NCBI GenBank assembly: GCA_965205275.1
Contig: OZ242168.1
Coordinates: forward strand, 1,463,276-1,527,275
From: Gammaproteobacteria bacterium
Lineage (GTDB): Bacteria > Pseudomonadota > Gammaproteobacteria > UBA4575
Reading direction: 5' to 3'
DNA length: 64,000 nt
Of the stretch, positions 27,070 to 36,374 are shown in pieces (position 1 is the first letter of the stretch; each line of letters begins with the position of its first letter). The notes below the pieces were generated by a model. That model was not told the origin of the DNA. It did no database searches and was given only the letters and a program-made list of their open reading frames with translations. The position numbers and the translations under genes are program-made.

Positions 27070-28074
27070 TCAGTCCGGGCGGCGGGCAAAGACACTGTAA
27101 TAGTTGCATGAAGCAAAAAAACGGCCGCTCTCCATGGCCTCGCGCTGCGTGTCGAGCCAGGCATCGACATCGGCTGCTGGCACCAGGCCCGCTTGTGCGA
27201 TCAACGGTGCGTAGGTTTCGGCCATGCTGCGGAAATAGCTCCCCTGTCCGATTTCCGAAACCACATCGGCGTCGGCCTCAATGAGGTCGAGACCGGCGGA
27301 TGCCAGCAGCCGGGGCAGGTGCCGCATGACTACGGGATTATTGAAGGCCGCCCGTGCCAACGCCCAGTCCATGCCCCGACCCGCTTCGGCGTCGACGAAC
27401 GCGTAGGTGAGCGAGGCGTAGTCGCCATCGAACACCACCAGCGCGCCCCCCGGCTTCAGCACCCGACGCGCCTCCTCCAGCACGGCAGCCGGATCGCTGA
27501 CGTGACTGATCAGCGTATGCGCGATCACCGCGTCAAAGCGTGCGGACTCGGACTGAAGTGCGTGCGCGTCACCAACTTCGAACGTGAGCCTGTCCGCGAG
27601 CTTCTCCTGTACCGCCAGCCGCTGCGCGGTCTCGACGAACGCTGGGCTCTGGTCAACGCCTGTGACATGAACGCCCGCACCTTTCTTGCGTGCGAGCGAG
27701 CGTGCCACGACGCCAGTTCCGGAGCCAATTTCAAGCACGCGCGCGTTCGCGGGCAGTTCAAGCCTGGAAGAATAGTTTTCAAACAGGCGGGTGAACACCC
27801 GATCCTTGCCGCGGCTCTCGAGCCGGTCAACCAGGCGGTCGATCATGGCCGGCTGGAGCTCGTTGACAAATCGATGCGGATCACGCGCCGAAGGGACGTC
27901 ATCCTCGGTACGCCGTGCCCAGTCCTGGGCATCGCGCTTGGTGCGAAAGGTCTTGCTGGCCGTCGGCCGGCCATGTTTTCGAATGATCGCTTTCCAGGTG
28001 TTCGAGGGGGTCTTCGTGATTGTCGCCATGCATCGCTTCCGGTACAGGTGTACCGAAAGTGTACCGCACGACAC
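27070..28074 (-). CDS. Chimeric ORF: class I SAM-dependent methyltransferase preceded in frame by a phage-type integrase N-terminal remnant
   Basis: The C-terminal 260 aa carry a SAM-binding motif (VLEIGSGTGVVARSLA...VTGVDQSP...LKPGGALVVFD). The first ~45 aa (MATITKTPSNTWKAIIRKHGRPTASKTFRTKRDAQDWARRTEDDV) match the conserved N-terminus of tyrosine recombinases. GC is markedly higher than in flanking DNA. Confidence 0.6.
   Translation of the reverse strand: MSCGTLSVHLYRKRCMATITKTPSNTWKAIIRKHGRPTASKTFRTKRDAQDWARRTEDDVPSARDPHRFVNELQPAMIDRLVDRLESRGKDRVFTRLFENYSSRLELPANARVLEIGSGTGVVARSLARKKGAGVHVTGVDQSPAFVETAQRLAVQEKLADRLTFEVGDAHALQSESARFDAVIAHTLISHVSDPAAVLEEARRVLKPGGALVVFDGDYASLTYAFVDAEAGRGMDWALARAAFNNPVVMRHLPRLLASAGLDLIEADADVVSEIGQGSYFRSMAETYAPLIAQAGLVPAADVDAWLDTQREAMESGRFFASCNYYSVFARRPD
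27895..28029 (-). pseudogene. Tyrosine recombinase (integrase) N-terminal remnant, truncated after about 45 codons
   Basis: MATITKTPSNTWKAIIRKHGRPTASKTFRTKRDAQDWARRTEDDV runs directly into methyltransferase sequence. No catalytic R-H-R-Y domain is present anywhere nearby. Confidence 0.5.
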
Positions 28075-28472
28075 CGGGGTTCAAAACAGGAGATATCGAT
28101 CGTATGGATCAATATGGTGGCAGGGGCGGAACTTTTTCCGCTATTCAGTCCCGAAGGCGAAACCCTGTGGGTGCCAGATTGGAGTTACGAGAACCTGATG
28201 TCAGCAACGAGCGCATTGAGCGACGTTGCCCTGTATTGCCGCAGATCTTTATCGGGATCCGAGAAGTAGGTGGTGATGTCACCTGATTCCTATTGAACCG
28301 TCTTACCGGCCTCGGGAATCAGGGCAATGTTCTCGAAAGTTTGCCCGATCAGGGCTGACAGGAGCAGACATGCCGCAAAAGTGAATTTGTGCCTGCGCAT
28401 CAATCCGTCTCCTCATGTTCCGTACGGCTTTGTCTCGTCCCCCGTAGTGTCATCTCAACAGATCAGCGATGA

Positions 28473-29831
28473 TCAGGAAACCAAGGATACCGTGGCACTC
28501 AGGCTTCTGTTTTCCTCCATCTCGTCGTTGCGCAGCAGCTGAATGGATACCGTGGCGCTCGTACTTCCTTTCGTGATTGTGGTCTCGACCGGTTGGTCGA
28601 TGTAATCCACGCCAGCCACGGCCGGGTTATCGCCGCTTCCCGGAACGAGACGCACCTCAACGCGAATGTCTTTCTGTGCTGCCTCGGGAAGTACAACTTC
28701 CAGCTGGACCGTATTGCCGCTGTTAACGGCACTCTGAAGGAACCGAACTTCCGCTCTATTGACGAGACTGGCCACAGTTGTGTGGGTGGCAACCCTAATC
28801 TGCCCAACGCCGTCGATCGGACGCCACAATTCCGAATCGTTCGGCGCGGAACCACCTGCCGTCACGCCCAGGCCTTCCCACCGCGGAGTCTTGGATGGAC
28901 CTCCGATTGGCATTGTAAACCGGACGAGGACCGACGCCGTCCCCTCAGCATTACTTGGCCGGTCATAGCCAGCGGTGATGTTGAGCCATGGATGCGGTCG
29001 CCATCCGACATCCAGTCGCGCGCCCTCGATCCAGCTCCCGGACCCATCCTCCGACTGCCAGCGATAGCCCGTCGTGTTCACGCGAACAGTCGACGTGATA
29101 TCGACTCTCGTCGCCAACTCCATACCCTCGAGCGCCCGCTCTTCGTATCCGAGGCGGGTTAGTCGCCCGCCCGTAGTCGGGCTGAAGTACCGGAACGAGC
29201 TGCTCCCCCACTTGCCGGAATAGTCGAACCCGGGCACCAGAACCGCATGCTGGTGTTCAGCGTTGACCAAGTGCAGCATGGAGATCCCAAGGACATCGGC
29301 GTCCAATCCCTCTGAGACCCGGAATCGGTATACCAAGCCCTGACGCACATCGTTGTGGAGCGAGCCATGCGCATCCCACCAACGGGTGATGCCCTGCTGA
29401 AGAAAGAGTGCAGAGCTCGATGCCCTTTCCCCGGACACTGGCTCACCGCCGACAAGCGGTATCACCAAATCAAGATCGCCTTGCAGACCGGTTCTGCCTG
29501 AGGATCTCGAATACGCCAGATTCCCCACAATCTGAAAATGCTGGCCAAAGGCCCTCTTCCCGCGCTCATCTGCCAGATCTATCCCCTGATCGAGCACAAA
29601 ATTCAGACCACGTTCAAACAGGCAGTGCGCACCCTCCGAGACGGTTTCGTTGAGCACCGCACCACACCCCCTCACCTGAGTCAGGGCCGCGGTCCATATC
29701 CGATTCTCCGACTCTGCTTGTGCGGTTGAGATGATGGTCAGAGGTGCCGCCATGAACACGGTGGCAATGAGGAACAAACCATTCCTCGTGAGGTAATGCA
29801 TCATGACACGAATCCCCCGACTTCGACCCAC
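28473..29831 (-). CDS. Secreted/outer-membrane protein with C-terminal Calx-beta domain (possible inverse-autotransporter-like N-terminal beta region)
   Basis: Signal peptide MMHYLTRNGLFLIATVFMAAPLTIISTAQA. The beta-rich body has alternating hydrophobic residues. The C-terminus has a Calx-beta-like segment (VAGVDYIDQPVETTITKGSTSATVSIQLLRNDEMEENRSLSATVSL). It lies in the high-GC island. Confidence 0.45.
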   Translation of the reverse strand: MGRSRGIRVMMHYLTRNGLFLIATVFMAAPLTIISTAQAESENRIWTAALTQVRGCGAVLNETVSEGAHCLFERGLNFVLDQGIDLADERGKRAFGQHFQIVGNLAYSRSSGRTGLQGDLDLVIPLVGGEPVSGERASSSALFLQQGITRWWDAHGSLHNDVRQGLVYRFRVSEGLDADVLGISMLHLVNAEHQHAVLVPGFDYSGKWGSSSFRYFSPTTGGRLTRLGYEERALEGMELATRVDITSTVRVNTTGYRWQSEDGSGSWIEGARLDVGWRPHPWLNITAGYDRPSNAEGTASVLVRFTMPIGGPSKTPRWEGLGVTAGGSAPNDSELWRPIDGVGQIRVATHTTVASLVNRAEVRFLQSAVNSGNTVQLEVVLPEAAQKDIRVEVRLVPGSGDNPAVAGVDYIDQPVETTITKGSTSATVSIQLLRNDEMEENRSLSATVSLVS

Positions 29832-30265
29832 GTCTTGAACGCTACCCTACTTAAATAAAGGCGTTTATATACTTGGCACCACCGCCTTAGACACCCATAC
29901 TCTTTTCCTATGGGTAGCCTGCATCTCTGCGGGCTCCCGGAAATACCAGAAGAAATGCCGTGGCTCATTACGTTATGTGTCTCATTAAATTGGTCGTACA
30001 TTGCCTCGTGCAACGGAAGGAGCCGCTCTTGCGTTCTATTGAAGTGTTGGCGTTCCTGCATCGCAGCGGAACCACTATCCACCAGTAGATTGCGAACTTG
30101 GGGTAGTGGTCGCGGGACCGGGCCTTGTTCAAGTTTCTGATATTCAACCCCAGTAATGGGCTCGCCATGGCGAGCACAGGATAGAAAGTCGACCCACCAC
30201 AAAATCTTGTTGAGTTTTGTCACGCCATAGGTGAGGTTTTCCCTGCACCGGCTGACGATATGCAA
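29801..30265 (-). CDS. Panacea-domain (SocA/PanA antitoxin-like, DUF4065) protein, possibly N-terminally truncated
   Basis: GVTKLNKILWWVDFLSCARHGEPITGVEYQKLEQGPVPRPL matches the Panacea core (T-KL-KLLYY...G-PIT...Y-KL--GPVP). It has only a TTG start, a short N-terminus and no adjacent toxin ORF. Confidence 0.4.
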   Translation of the reverse strand: MHIVSRCRENLTYGVTKLNKILWWVDFLSCARHGEPITGVEYQKLEQGPVPRPLPQVRNLLVDSGSAAMQERQHFNRTQERLLPLHEAMYDQFNETHNVMSHGISSGISGSPQRCRLPIGKEYGCLRRWCQVYKRLYLSRVAFKTWVEVGGFVS

Positions 30266-30467
30266 AATTGCTCCGCAAGGCGTGCCTTTGCAGCTATCGC
30301 ATCGAAGTGGAACGTACTTGGATTTCGCTTTGATATCGAATTCCCTTTCGTTATGACATCCTCCTGCAAAAGGAAGTGTCTCCCTTCAGTTAGTCACTTG
30401 TAGGTTAGGCGTTTCCCTGCAACGCCCGCGGTCTACATCATCATCCGCTCTTTCATCATCAACACTG

Positions 30468-30990
30468 AGCACTGACCGATTGTCTGTAACGGAAATTGAA
30501 CTCGCTCAGGCATCGCTTCAGATGTTTGCTTAGACAATGCTGGTAAACGCGCTTCATCCATCACCAAGGCGTCTCCGCATGGAGCTGCTTCATAAGGATA
30601 GGATTCAAGGTTTCCGCATTGGCTTCTGGAACATGTGTAAACCGAACGTTCCCGCCACGTTTTACTAAGCTTAGCACGGCTTCCTTGTGGGCGTAACCCC
30701 TGGCGTTCCGCGGCTCTTCGTACTTCTTCCCGATGAACGTGGAGGGATCTGCCCCGCACGCATGGCTGGATTCGAATACCGTGCCGACCTTGACTGTGAA
30801 TTCCTTCTTGCACTCCTTGCAACGTCACAGATCGATTCGATTCCGTTTGCCTTTGAACTCGTAGGCACTGCCGATGACTCCACACTTCGGGCATACCGAA
30901 CCCTGTGACCACAGGATGCTTGAGGGTAAACCGTACCTGATTTCACTGGCAAGTGAATGTAACAGGTTCCTCAGCCGTGTAGTGATTGGT
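30468..30990 (-). mobile_element. IS1595-family transposase remnant (pseudogene: zinc-ribbon N-terminus, stop codon, internal deletions, C-terminal ...CLSEFNFRYRQ motif)
   Basis: Reading the minus strand across frames gives ...ILWSQGSVCPKCGVIGSAYEFKGKRNRIDL* then RCKECKKEFTVKVGTVFESSH...FIGKKYEEPRNARGYAHKEAVLSLVKRGGNVRFTHVPEANAETLNPILMKQLHAETPW*. It ends with ...HLKRCLSEFNFRYRQ. These match the conserved IS1595 zinc-ribbon, DDE-start and C-terminal blocks, but the HTH and most of the DDE domain are missing. Confidence 0.55.
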
Positions 30991-31419
30991 TCCTGTAACA
31001 ATGAACGTGAGTGTTACGTTGCCGGTGTAGCCATTATCGCACGTGAACGTGATGTAGATTGATTCCGCATAACTCTGATAGCAGCACATTACCCCTGCAT
31101 TAATAGGGTCGATTTCGTAATCGAAAATATTCCACTGGGCGCCCGCCGGTTCCAGTGTTATGCGCATGTCGGTCTCCCGGGCTTGCTGGTTCTGCAGCAT
31201 GACCCGTATGCCCGTTAGCCCGTTCTCCTGCACCGTCCTGGTGCTGCGGGCGGAAGGCGTGATCACTACCTCGGGTGCGGCCGCGCCGCCGCTGCCACCA
31301 CCTCCGCCACCGCAAGACGATAACCCAACCGATCCGACCACGACCGCGAGAATCAAACATGCCATCAGTGCAAAACTGCTTCGTCTCATCATTTCATTCC
31401 CTTCGTTCGAGTGTGCCAT
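30943..31419 (-). CDS. Hypothetical lipoprotein (signal peptide with lipobox LSSC, Gly-rich linker)
   Basis: MMRRSSFALMACLILAVVVGSVGLSSCGGGGGGSGG..., then a Cys-containing beta-rich domain. It lies next to tRNA-Phe inside the island. Confidence 0.45.
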   Translation of the reverse strand: MAHSNEGNEMMRRSSFALMACLILAVVVGSVGLSSCGGGGGGSGGAAAPEVVITPSARSTRTVQENGLTGIRVMLQNQQARETDMRITLEPAGAQWNIFDYEIDPINAGVMCCYQSYAESIYITFTCDNGYTGNVTLTFIVTGTNHYTAEEPVTFTCQ

Positions 31420-31498
31420 TGAATTTTTAGGTATTCTTGGAAATGTAAAAGAAGTGTGCTTCCTGAGACATAGCTTACAGCAAATACCGGAGACAGTT

Positions 31499-31574
31499 TG
31501 GTGGCCAGGGGCGGAATCGAACCACCGACACGAGGATTTTCAGTCCACTGCTCTACCGACTGAGCTACCTGGCC
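31499..31574 (-). tRNA. tRNA-Phe (GAA)
   Basis: The reverse complement reads GGCCAGGTAGCTCAGTCGGTAGAGCAGTGGACTGAAAATCC(A)CGTGTCGGTGGTTCGATTCCGCCCCTGGCCACCA. It has a cloverleaf with a CT-GAA-AA anticodon loop, GTTCGATTC T-arm and an encoded CCA end. Confidence 0.9.
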
Positions 31575-31660
31575 TAATCTGAAAGTTTTATTTCAAGGTG
31601 TGCTATTTTTAACGGGGCTGCCTACATCAAAGAGGCCAACATGTATCCTGGATGTATTGG

Positions 31661-31936
31661 CTATTCGCTGCCCGGATCAACAAATTCCTGGGGTTTATCA
31701 GACCCTTCTCCAAAAAAGAATTTTTCCATTTCCTCTTCCAGAAATTTGCGTGCCTTGGGATCAACAGGGGTCAGCCTGTACTCATTCATCAGCATGGTTT
31801 GATGATTCACCCATTGCTGCCACCCTTCCTTGGAAACATTTTCGTAAATTTTTTGCCCGAGTTCACCGGGATAAGGCATATATTCTAGACCTTCGGCTTC
31901 TTTATTAAGCTTCACACACTGAACCATGCGCGTCAT
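31661..31936 (-). CDS. yggX: Fe(II)-trafficking protein YggX (oxidative damage protectant)
   Basis: 91 aa: [52 protein letters not shown]. It pairs with mutY. Confidence 0.85.
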   Translation of the reverse strand: MTRMVQCVKLNKEAEGLEYMPYPGELGQKIYENVSKEGWQQWVNHQTMLMNEYRLTPVDPKARKFLEEEMEKFFFGEGSDKPQEFVDPGSE

Positions 31937-32996
31937 GGGAGTTTTCCTTTGTACGTAGTGTTATTTGCTGCAAGGCCTTGCGTACCGGAGCCGCCAGACC
32001 GATCTTTTCATCAGGATCTTTATACCAAACCCCGGCGGCATCTTCCATTACACCAATGGGTTTACTGTCCACATGCACCAGCGTCGGGTGCATGTGCAGT
32101 CGAAAATGTGAAAAAGTATGCGTGATCACAGGTAATGCCTTCATTTGAAAAATATCTGTCTTGCAGGTCTTGACAAGCCACCTTTGCAAACCCGCTTCAT
32201 CCGCAAATTCGGGAAAACTGTACAACCCTCCCCAGATGCCCATGGGTGGGCGTTTTTCGAGCCACACGGCATCCTCGTTATTCTGTACCAGCGCGACATG
32301 CACCTCGCGCCGGGGTAAGTTGCGAGAGGGTCTGGGGGCCGGCAGTTCGTGCTGGCGCCGTTGCCCGAACGCCATGCAACCTGCTTGAACGGGGCACAGC
32401 AGACAGCCGGGACGAGTGCGGGTACACAGGGTTGCCCCCATATCCATCATGGCCTGCGTGTAGTCAGCAATGTCATGTTCCGGCAGCAATGACTCTGCGT
32501 GTGCCCAGAGCTGCATCTCAACCTTGCGTTCACCCGGCCAGCCTTCCACTGCAAAATACCGGGCAAGCACACGTTTTACGTTACCGTCCAGGATGGCATG
32601 CCGTTGGCGAAAACCCAGTGCCAGGATGGCGGCAGCGGTGGAGCGACCGATACCGGGCAAGGCGGTCATCCCATCCATGTCTTCCGGAAACTTCCCCCGG
32701 TGCTGTTCGCATAACTGCTGTGCGGCCTTGTGTACATTGCGTGCGCGTGCGTAATACCCCAGACCGGTCCAGCAATGCAGCACTTCGTCAATTTCTGCGC
32801 CAGCAAGTTCCTGCACACTCGAAAAGCGCTGCATGAACTTTTCATAGTACGGAATCACGGTGTCCACACGTGTCTGCTGCAACATAATTTCCGATATCCA
32901 GATTCTGTAAGGATCACGCTTGCGTTGCCAAGGCAGGTCTTTGCGACCATGATGATCAAACCAGGCCAGAACCTGCTCACTGAACGTACGGCTCAT
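31905..32996 (-). CDS. mutY: A/G-specific adenine DNA glycosylase MutY
   Basis: HhH-GPD domain, a 4Fe-4S cysteine cluster (C-x6-C-x2-C-x5-C) and a C-terminal NUDIX-like domain. The N-terminus reads [12 protein letters not shown]. Confidence 0.9.
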   Translation of the reverse strand: MSRTFSEQVLAWFDHHGRKDLPWQRKRDPYRIWISEIMLQQTRVDTVIPYYEKFMQRFSSVQELAGAEIDEVLHCWTGLGYYARARNVHKAAQQLCEQHRGKFPEDMDGMTALPGIGRSTAAAILALGFRQRHAILDGNVKRVLARYFAVEGWPGERKVEMQLWAHAESLLPEHDIADYTQAMMDMGATLCTRTRPGCLLCPVQAGCMAFGQRRQHELPAPRPSRNLPRREVHVALVQNNEDAVWLEKRPPMGIWGGLYSFPEFADEAGLQRWLVKTCKTDIFQMKALPVITHTFSHFRLHMHPTLVHVDSKPIGVMEDAAGVWYKDPDEKIGLAAPVRKALQQITLRTKENSHDAHGSVCEA

Positions 32997-33068
32997 GGCT
33001 GCCTACCGGGACCGCCTGCAGACGTCATGTGACGCTGGCACACGGGCCTGGAGCCTTCCCATCCGGTA

Positions 33069-33590
33069 TCATGGCCCCTCGCGTTCCCATGTACCCGATT
33101 TTCCACCGGATTTTCTGACCAGCCCGGTAGCCTGTAAAGTCATGCCACGGTCGATGGCCTTGCACATATCATAGATCGTCAACAATGCAATCTGCACGGC
33201 AGTAAGCGCTTCCATTTCCACACCGGTTTGCCCAAGCGTTTCCACTGTGGCCTTGCAGTATACGGCCGGCGGGGTCTCTTCGATATCAAACTGCACCTCT
33301 ATAGAAGTGCACGGTATGGGATGACATAAAGGGATCAAATCAGAGGTCTTTTTGGCTCCTGTAATACCGGCAATCCGTGCGATACCCAGCACGTCACCCT
33401 TTTTATGGCCACCGCTTTGAATGCGTTGCAGGGTTTCTGCCTGCATGCATATCCGCCCGTCGGCAACGGCTATACGGCGGGTAACGGGCTTTTCGCCGAT
33501 ATTGACCATGTGGGCTTCACCTGCAGGATTAAAATGCGTAAGTTTATTCACACCGTGGATTCCATATTGCCGGGACAGTAATGGTACCAT
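33069..33590 (-). CDS. moaC: Cyclic pyranopterin monophosphate synthase MoaC
   Basis: [25 protein letters not shown]... is the MoaC core. The true start may be the GTG at 33551. Confidence 0.85.
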   Translation of the reverse strand: MVPLLSRQYGIHGVNKLTHFNPAGEAHMVNIGEKPVTRRIAVADGRICMQAETLQRIQSGGHKKGDVLGIARIAGITGAKKTSDLIPLCHPIPCTSIEVQFDIEETPPAVYCKATVETLGQTGVEMEALTAVQIALLTIYDMCKAIDRGMTLQATGLVRKSGGKSGTWEREGP

Positions 33591-33635
33591 CCGGTTTTAA
33601 CATTTCGTATTGCTGATTCACGCTGAAGTGCAACG

Positions 33636-33875
33636 ATGACGGTCCATGTAAAGTATTTTGCCAGTCTGCGGGAAACGATCGGACGCGCAGGAGATACGGT
33701 CTCGATCACAGGAACCACAACCGTAGGGGAAATCTGGCAACGGACGACCGGGCGCATGGAACGGGAGCACCCCAGACAGGTCCTGGTGGCCGTCAACCAG
33801 GAATACGCAGATTTTACTCATGCCGTCAAGGATGGCGATGAAGTGGCTTTTTTCCCCCCTGTTACCGGAGGATAA
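33636..33875 (+). CDS. moaD: Molybdopterin synthase sulfur-carrier subunit MoaD
   Basis: 79 aa with a ubiquitin-like fold and a C-terminal Gly-Gly (PPVTGG). Confidence 0.7.
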   Translation: MTVHVKYFASLRETIGRAGDTVSITGTTTVGEIWQRTTGRMEREHPRQVLVAVNQEYADFTHAVKDGDEVAFFPPVTGG

Positions 33876-33966
33876 GACGCTCTTTATGTATACAGAAATC
33901 CATTGCATCCCCGTTCACTTCCGGCGCGCCGAAATGCCAGCCTGGACCCGCAGGCTTCACACATGC

Positions 33967-35325
33967 CTATCGAATAAGAATAAACAGACCCCGTGCTTCA
34001 CGCTGAATATTCAGCAGCAGCGCATCGGGATTTTTCTTGATCGTGTCTTTCATATCCTGAATCGTCTTCACACGTTGTCTGTTCACACTGACGATGATAT
34101 CGCCTTTGCGAAGGCCGGCGGCGGCCGCTTTGCCGCGTACCTTGACCACCCCAATTCCAGCAGCGATCTTGCGCGAAGGATCTTCCGGCACTTCTCTTAA
34201 CTTGGCACCTGCCAGCTTATCGCTCAGCGATTCCCCGCTCACCGTGTGTGTCACCTGCTTGCCTACCGAAGCGGTTAACCGACGTGTTTTGCCATCCTGC
34301 AACACCTCAATCTCGACCTGTGAACCAACACGTAACAATCCAATTTCATTGCGTACCTGTGCCGAGTTTTCCACTTCACGTCCGTTTACCGTAATGATGA
34401 CGTCACCTACTTTTACGCCGGCTTTCTGCGCAGGGGATTTTGCTTCGACCTGTGCAACCACCACACCTTTTTTGCGGGTCACCCCGAACGCTTCGGCCAG
34501 CTCAGGGGTCAGATCCTGTACCACAAGCCCAAGCCGCCCCCGTCTGACTTCACCGTGCTCAATCAGTTGAGAGGCGATCTGCTTTACCATGTTGACCGGG
34601 ATGGCAAACCCGATCCCGATATTGCCGCCACTCGACCCGTAGATGGCAGTGTTGATACCGATCAACTCCCCACGTAAATTCACCAGCGCACCGCCTGAGT
34701 TTCCAGGATTAATGGATGCATCGGTTTGAATAAAGTCTTCATACGATTCGATCCCGAGCCCGCTTCGCCCGAGTGCACTCACAATTCCGGACGTCACCGT
34801 CTGGCCCAGGCCAAAGGGATTGCCGATCGCTACCACAAAATCGCCTTGTCGCAGGCCATTCGAGTCCCCCAGAGGAATTTCAGTCAGATGATCGGCCTCA
34901 ACCTGGATCACCGCGATATCAGCCCCCGGATCCTTGCCGATGACCGTGGCACTGAAGTGCTGCCCGTCTTCCAGGGTAACCATGATGTTTTCAGCTTTAT
35001 CAATCACATGCGAGTTCGTTACGATATAGCCATCTTTTGCATCCAGTATAACGCCCGACCCCAGCCCGACAACGCGTCTTTCACGCTGCTGCTGTCTGGG
35101 CACATCAAAAAACCGTCGAAAGAACGGATCATCAAAAAACGGGTCGCGCACCACGACCTTGCCCGCGGTAGAGATATTGACGACCGCAGGGGTGGTTTTC
35201 TCCAGCATCGGTGCCAGGGTAGGCAGGACCAGATTGCCCGCAGCGATAGCCGGAGCACCAAACGCCGGGGCTATAAATGCCAGCAGAGCCACTGCCGCAA
35301 CCCGTTGAAGTATTTTTTTTAACAT
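33967..35325 (-). CDS. degP: Periplasmic serine endoprotease, HtrA/DegP/MucD family (2 PDZ domains)
   Basis: Signal peptide, catalytic triad contexts (TNSHVI, the D of the triad, GNSGGAL) and two PDZ domains. Confidence 0.9.
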   Translation of the reverse strand: MLKKILQRVAAVALLAFIAPAFGAPAIAAGNLVLPTLAPMLEKTTPAVVNISTAGKVVVRDPFFDDPFFRRFFDVPRQQQRERRVVGLGSGVILDAKDGYIVTNSHVIDKAENIMVTLEDGQHFSATVIGKDPGADIAVIQVEADHLTEIPLGDSNGLRQGDFVVAIGNPFGLGQTVTSGIVSALGRSGLGIESYEDFIQTDASINPGNSGGALVNLRGELIGINTAIYGSSGGNIGIGFAIPVNMVKQIASQLIEHGEVRRGRLGLVVQDLTPELAEAFGVTRKKGVVVAQVEAKSPAQKAGVKVGDVIITVNGREVENSAQVRNEIGLLRVGSQVEIEVLQDGKTRRLTASVGKQVTHTVSGESLSDKLAGAKLREVPEDPSRKIAAGIGVVKVRGKAAAAGLRKGDIIVSVNRQRVKTIQDMKDTIKKNPDALLLNIQREARGLFILIR

Positions 35326-35382
35326 GTACTGAAAGACGTGCCTAAAAAATTTGAACGCGCCGGATTATACCGGTAAATCCAG

Positions 35383-36291
35383 TTAAAAATATTCACGTGG
35401 ATTGAATTTGAAACGTTTTTCCATATCCTGATAAAATTGCCGGTCCTGTTCTGTCGAGGCCCCGGGTACGACGATCTGCAACATGAGGATCTGGTCCCCT
35501 GCCGGGGTTCCAGGCAGACCGCGCTTGTTCAGACGCAGTTTTTTGCCGGACTTTGAGCCTGCAGGAATGTGCATCTCCACACGACCTCCAAGCGTCGGAA
35601 CCTGTACGCGCGCACCCAGTGCAGCTTCCCATGGACTGATGGGGAAATCCAGCAGAACATCCAGACCGTCCAGCCTGTAGAGGTCATGTGGCTGAATCTG
35701 CACCTCGAAATAAAGATCCCCGCTGGGGCCACCTCCCACCCCTGCGCCACCCTGCCCGGCAAGACGCACGCGTTTGCCAGAAGTCACCCCTGGAGGAATT
35801 TTAACTTCCAGGCTCCGTCCATTGTGCAGACGAACATTTTTGGTCACACCTGAAAAGGCCTCCTTCAGGGTCACTCGCAGGCTTGAACGCTGGTCCGCCC
35901 CTTTCGTTTTCAGCGACTGTCCCTGCGTAAAGCCCTGGCCAAACAGCGATTCAAAAAAATCGCTGAATCCGGATGTGTCAAATCCTGCCTGGGAAAAAGG
36001 GCGGCCTGAAAAACCGGCACCGGAGACGTGCACGTCCTGCCAGCCCGGGGGTGGCTGAAAGTCCTGTCCGGCACGCCAGTTGGCACCCAGCTGATCATAC
36101 GCCTGGCGTTTCTGCGGGTCGCGTAGCACCTCATAGGCTTCGCCCACTTCCTTGAATTTTTGTTCCGCGTTAGGCTCGCGACTTACATCCGGGTGATATT
36201 TGCGCGCAAGACGGCGGTAGGCTGTTTTGATTTCAGCTTCCTTCGCACCACGCTTCACGCCCAGCATTTCATAATAGTCTTTGTATTGCAT
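35383..36291 (-). CDS. cbpA: Curved-DNA-binding protein CbpA (DnaJ-like co-chaperone lacking the Zn finger)
   Basis: J-domain with HPD ([13 protein letters not shown]) and a DnaJ C-terminal domain; no CxxCxGxG repeats. 302 aa. Confidence 0.8.
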   Translation of the reverse strand: MQYKDYYEMLGVKRGAKEAEIKTAYRRLARKYHPDVSREPNAEQKFKEVGEAYEVLRDPQKRQAYDQLGANWRAGQDFQPPPGWQDVHVSGAGFSGRPFSQAGFDTSGFSDFFESLFGQGFTQGQSLKTKGADQRSSLRVTLKEAFSGVTKNVRLHNGRSLEVKIPPGVTSGKRVRLAGQGGAGVGGGPSGDLYFEVQIQPHDLYRLDGLDVLLDFPISPWEAALGARVQVPTLGGRVEMHIPAGSKSGKKLRLNKRGLPGTPAGDQILMLQIVVPGASTEQDRQFYQDMEKRFKFNPREYF

Positions 36292-36374
36292 GCGTGCGTT
36301 ACACCAGGCTGCAAGCCGCTACCGGAACGCCACAGCGTTCCGGTTTTCCTGCAGCGACCCGACTGAATACGGGC

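Noticed and set aside
26640-27070. Possible ncRNA or attachment-site repeat at the distal island border
   Set aside because: I searched for a copy of the tRNA-Phe 3' end (ggcggaatcgaacc / tggtggcc) and for structured-RNA hallmarks. I found only weak, non-convincing similarity (cggaggtcgaaagtaacc).
27193-28269. 358-aa plus-strand ORF across the methyltransferase/integrase-remnant ORF
   Set aside because: It is a long ORF of the kind expected by chance in >60% GC DNA. It has no motifs, and the opposite strand carries recognisable SAM-methyltransferase motifs.
30433-30912. 159-aa minus-strand ORF from the ORF table
   Set aside because: It is the wrong frame of the degraded IS1595 transposase remnant. 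The conserved transposase blocks appear in the other two minus-strand frames.
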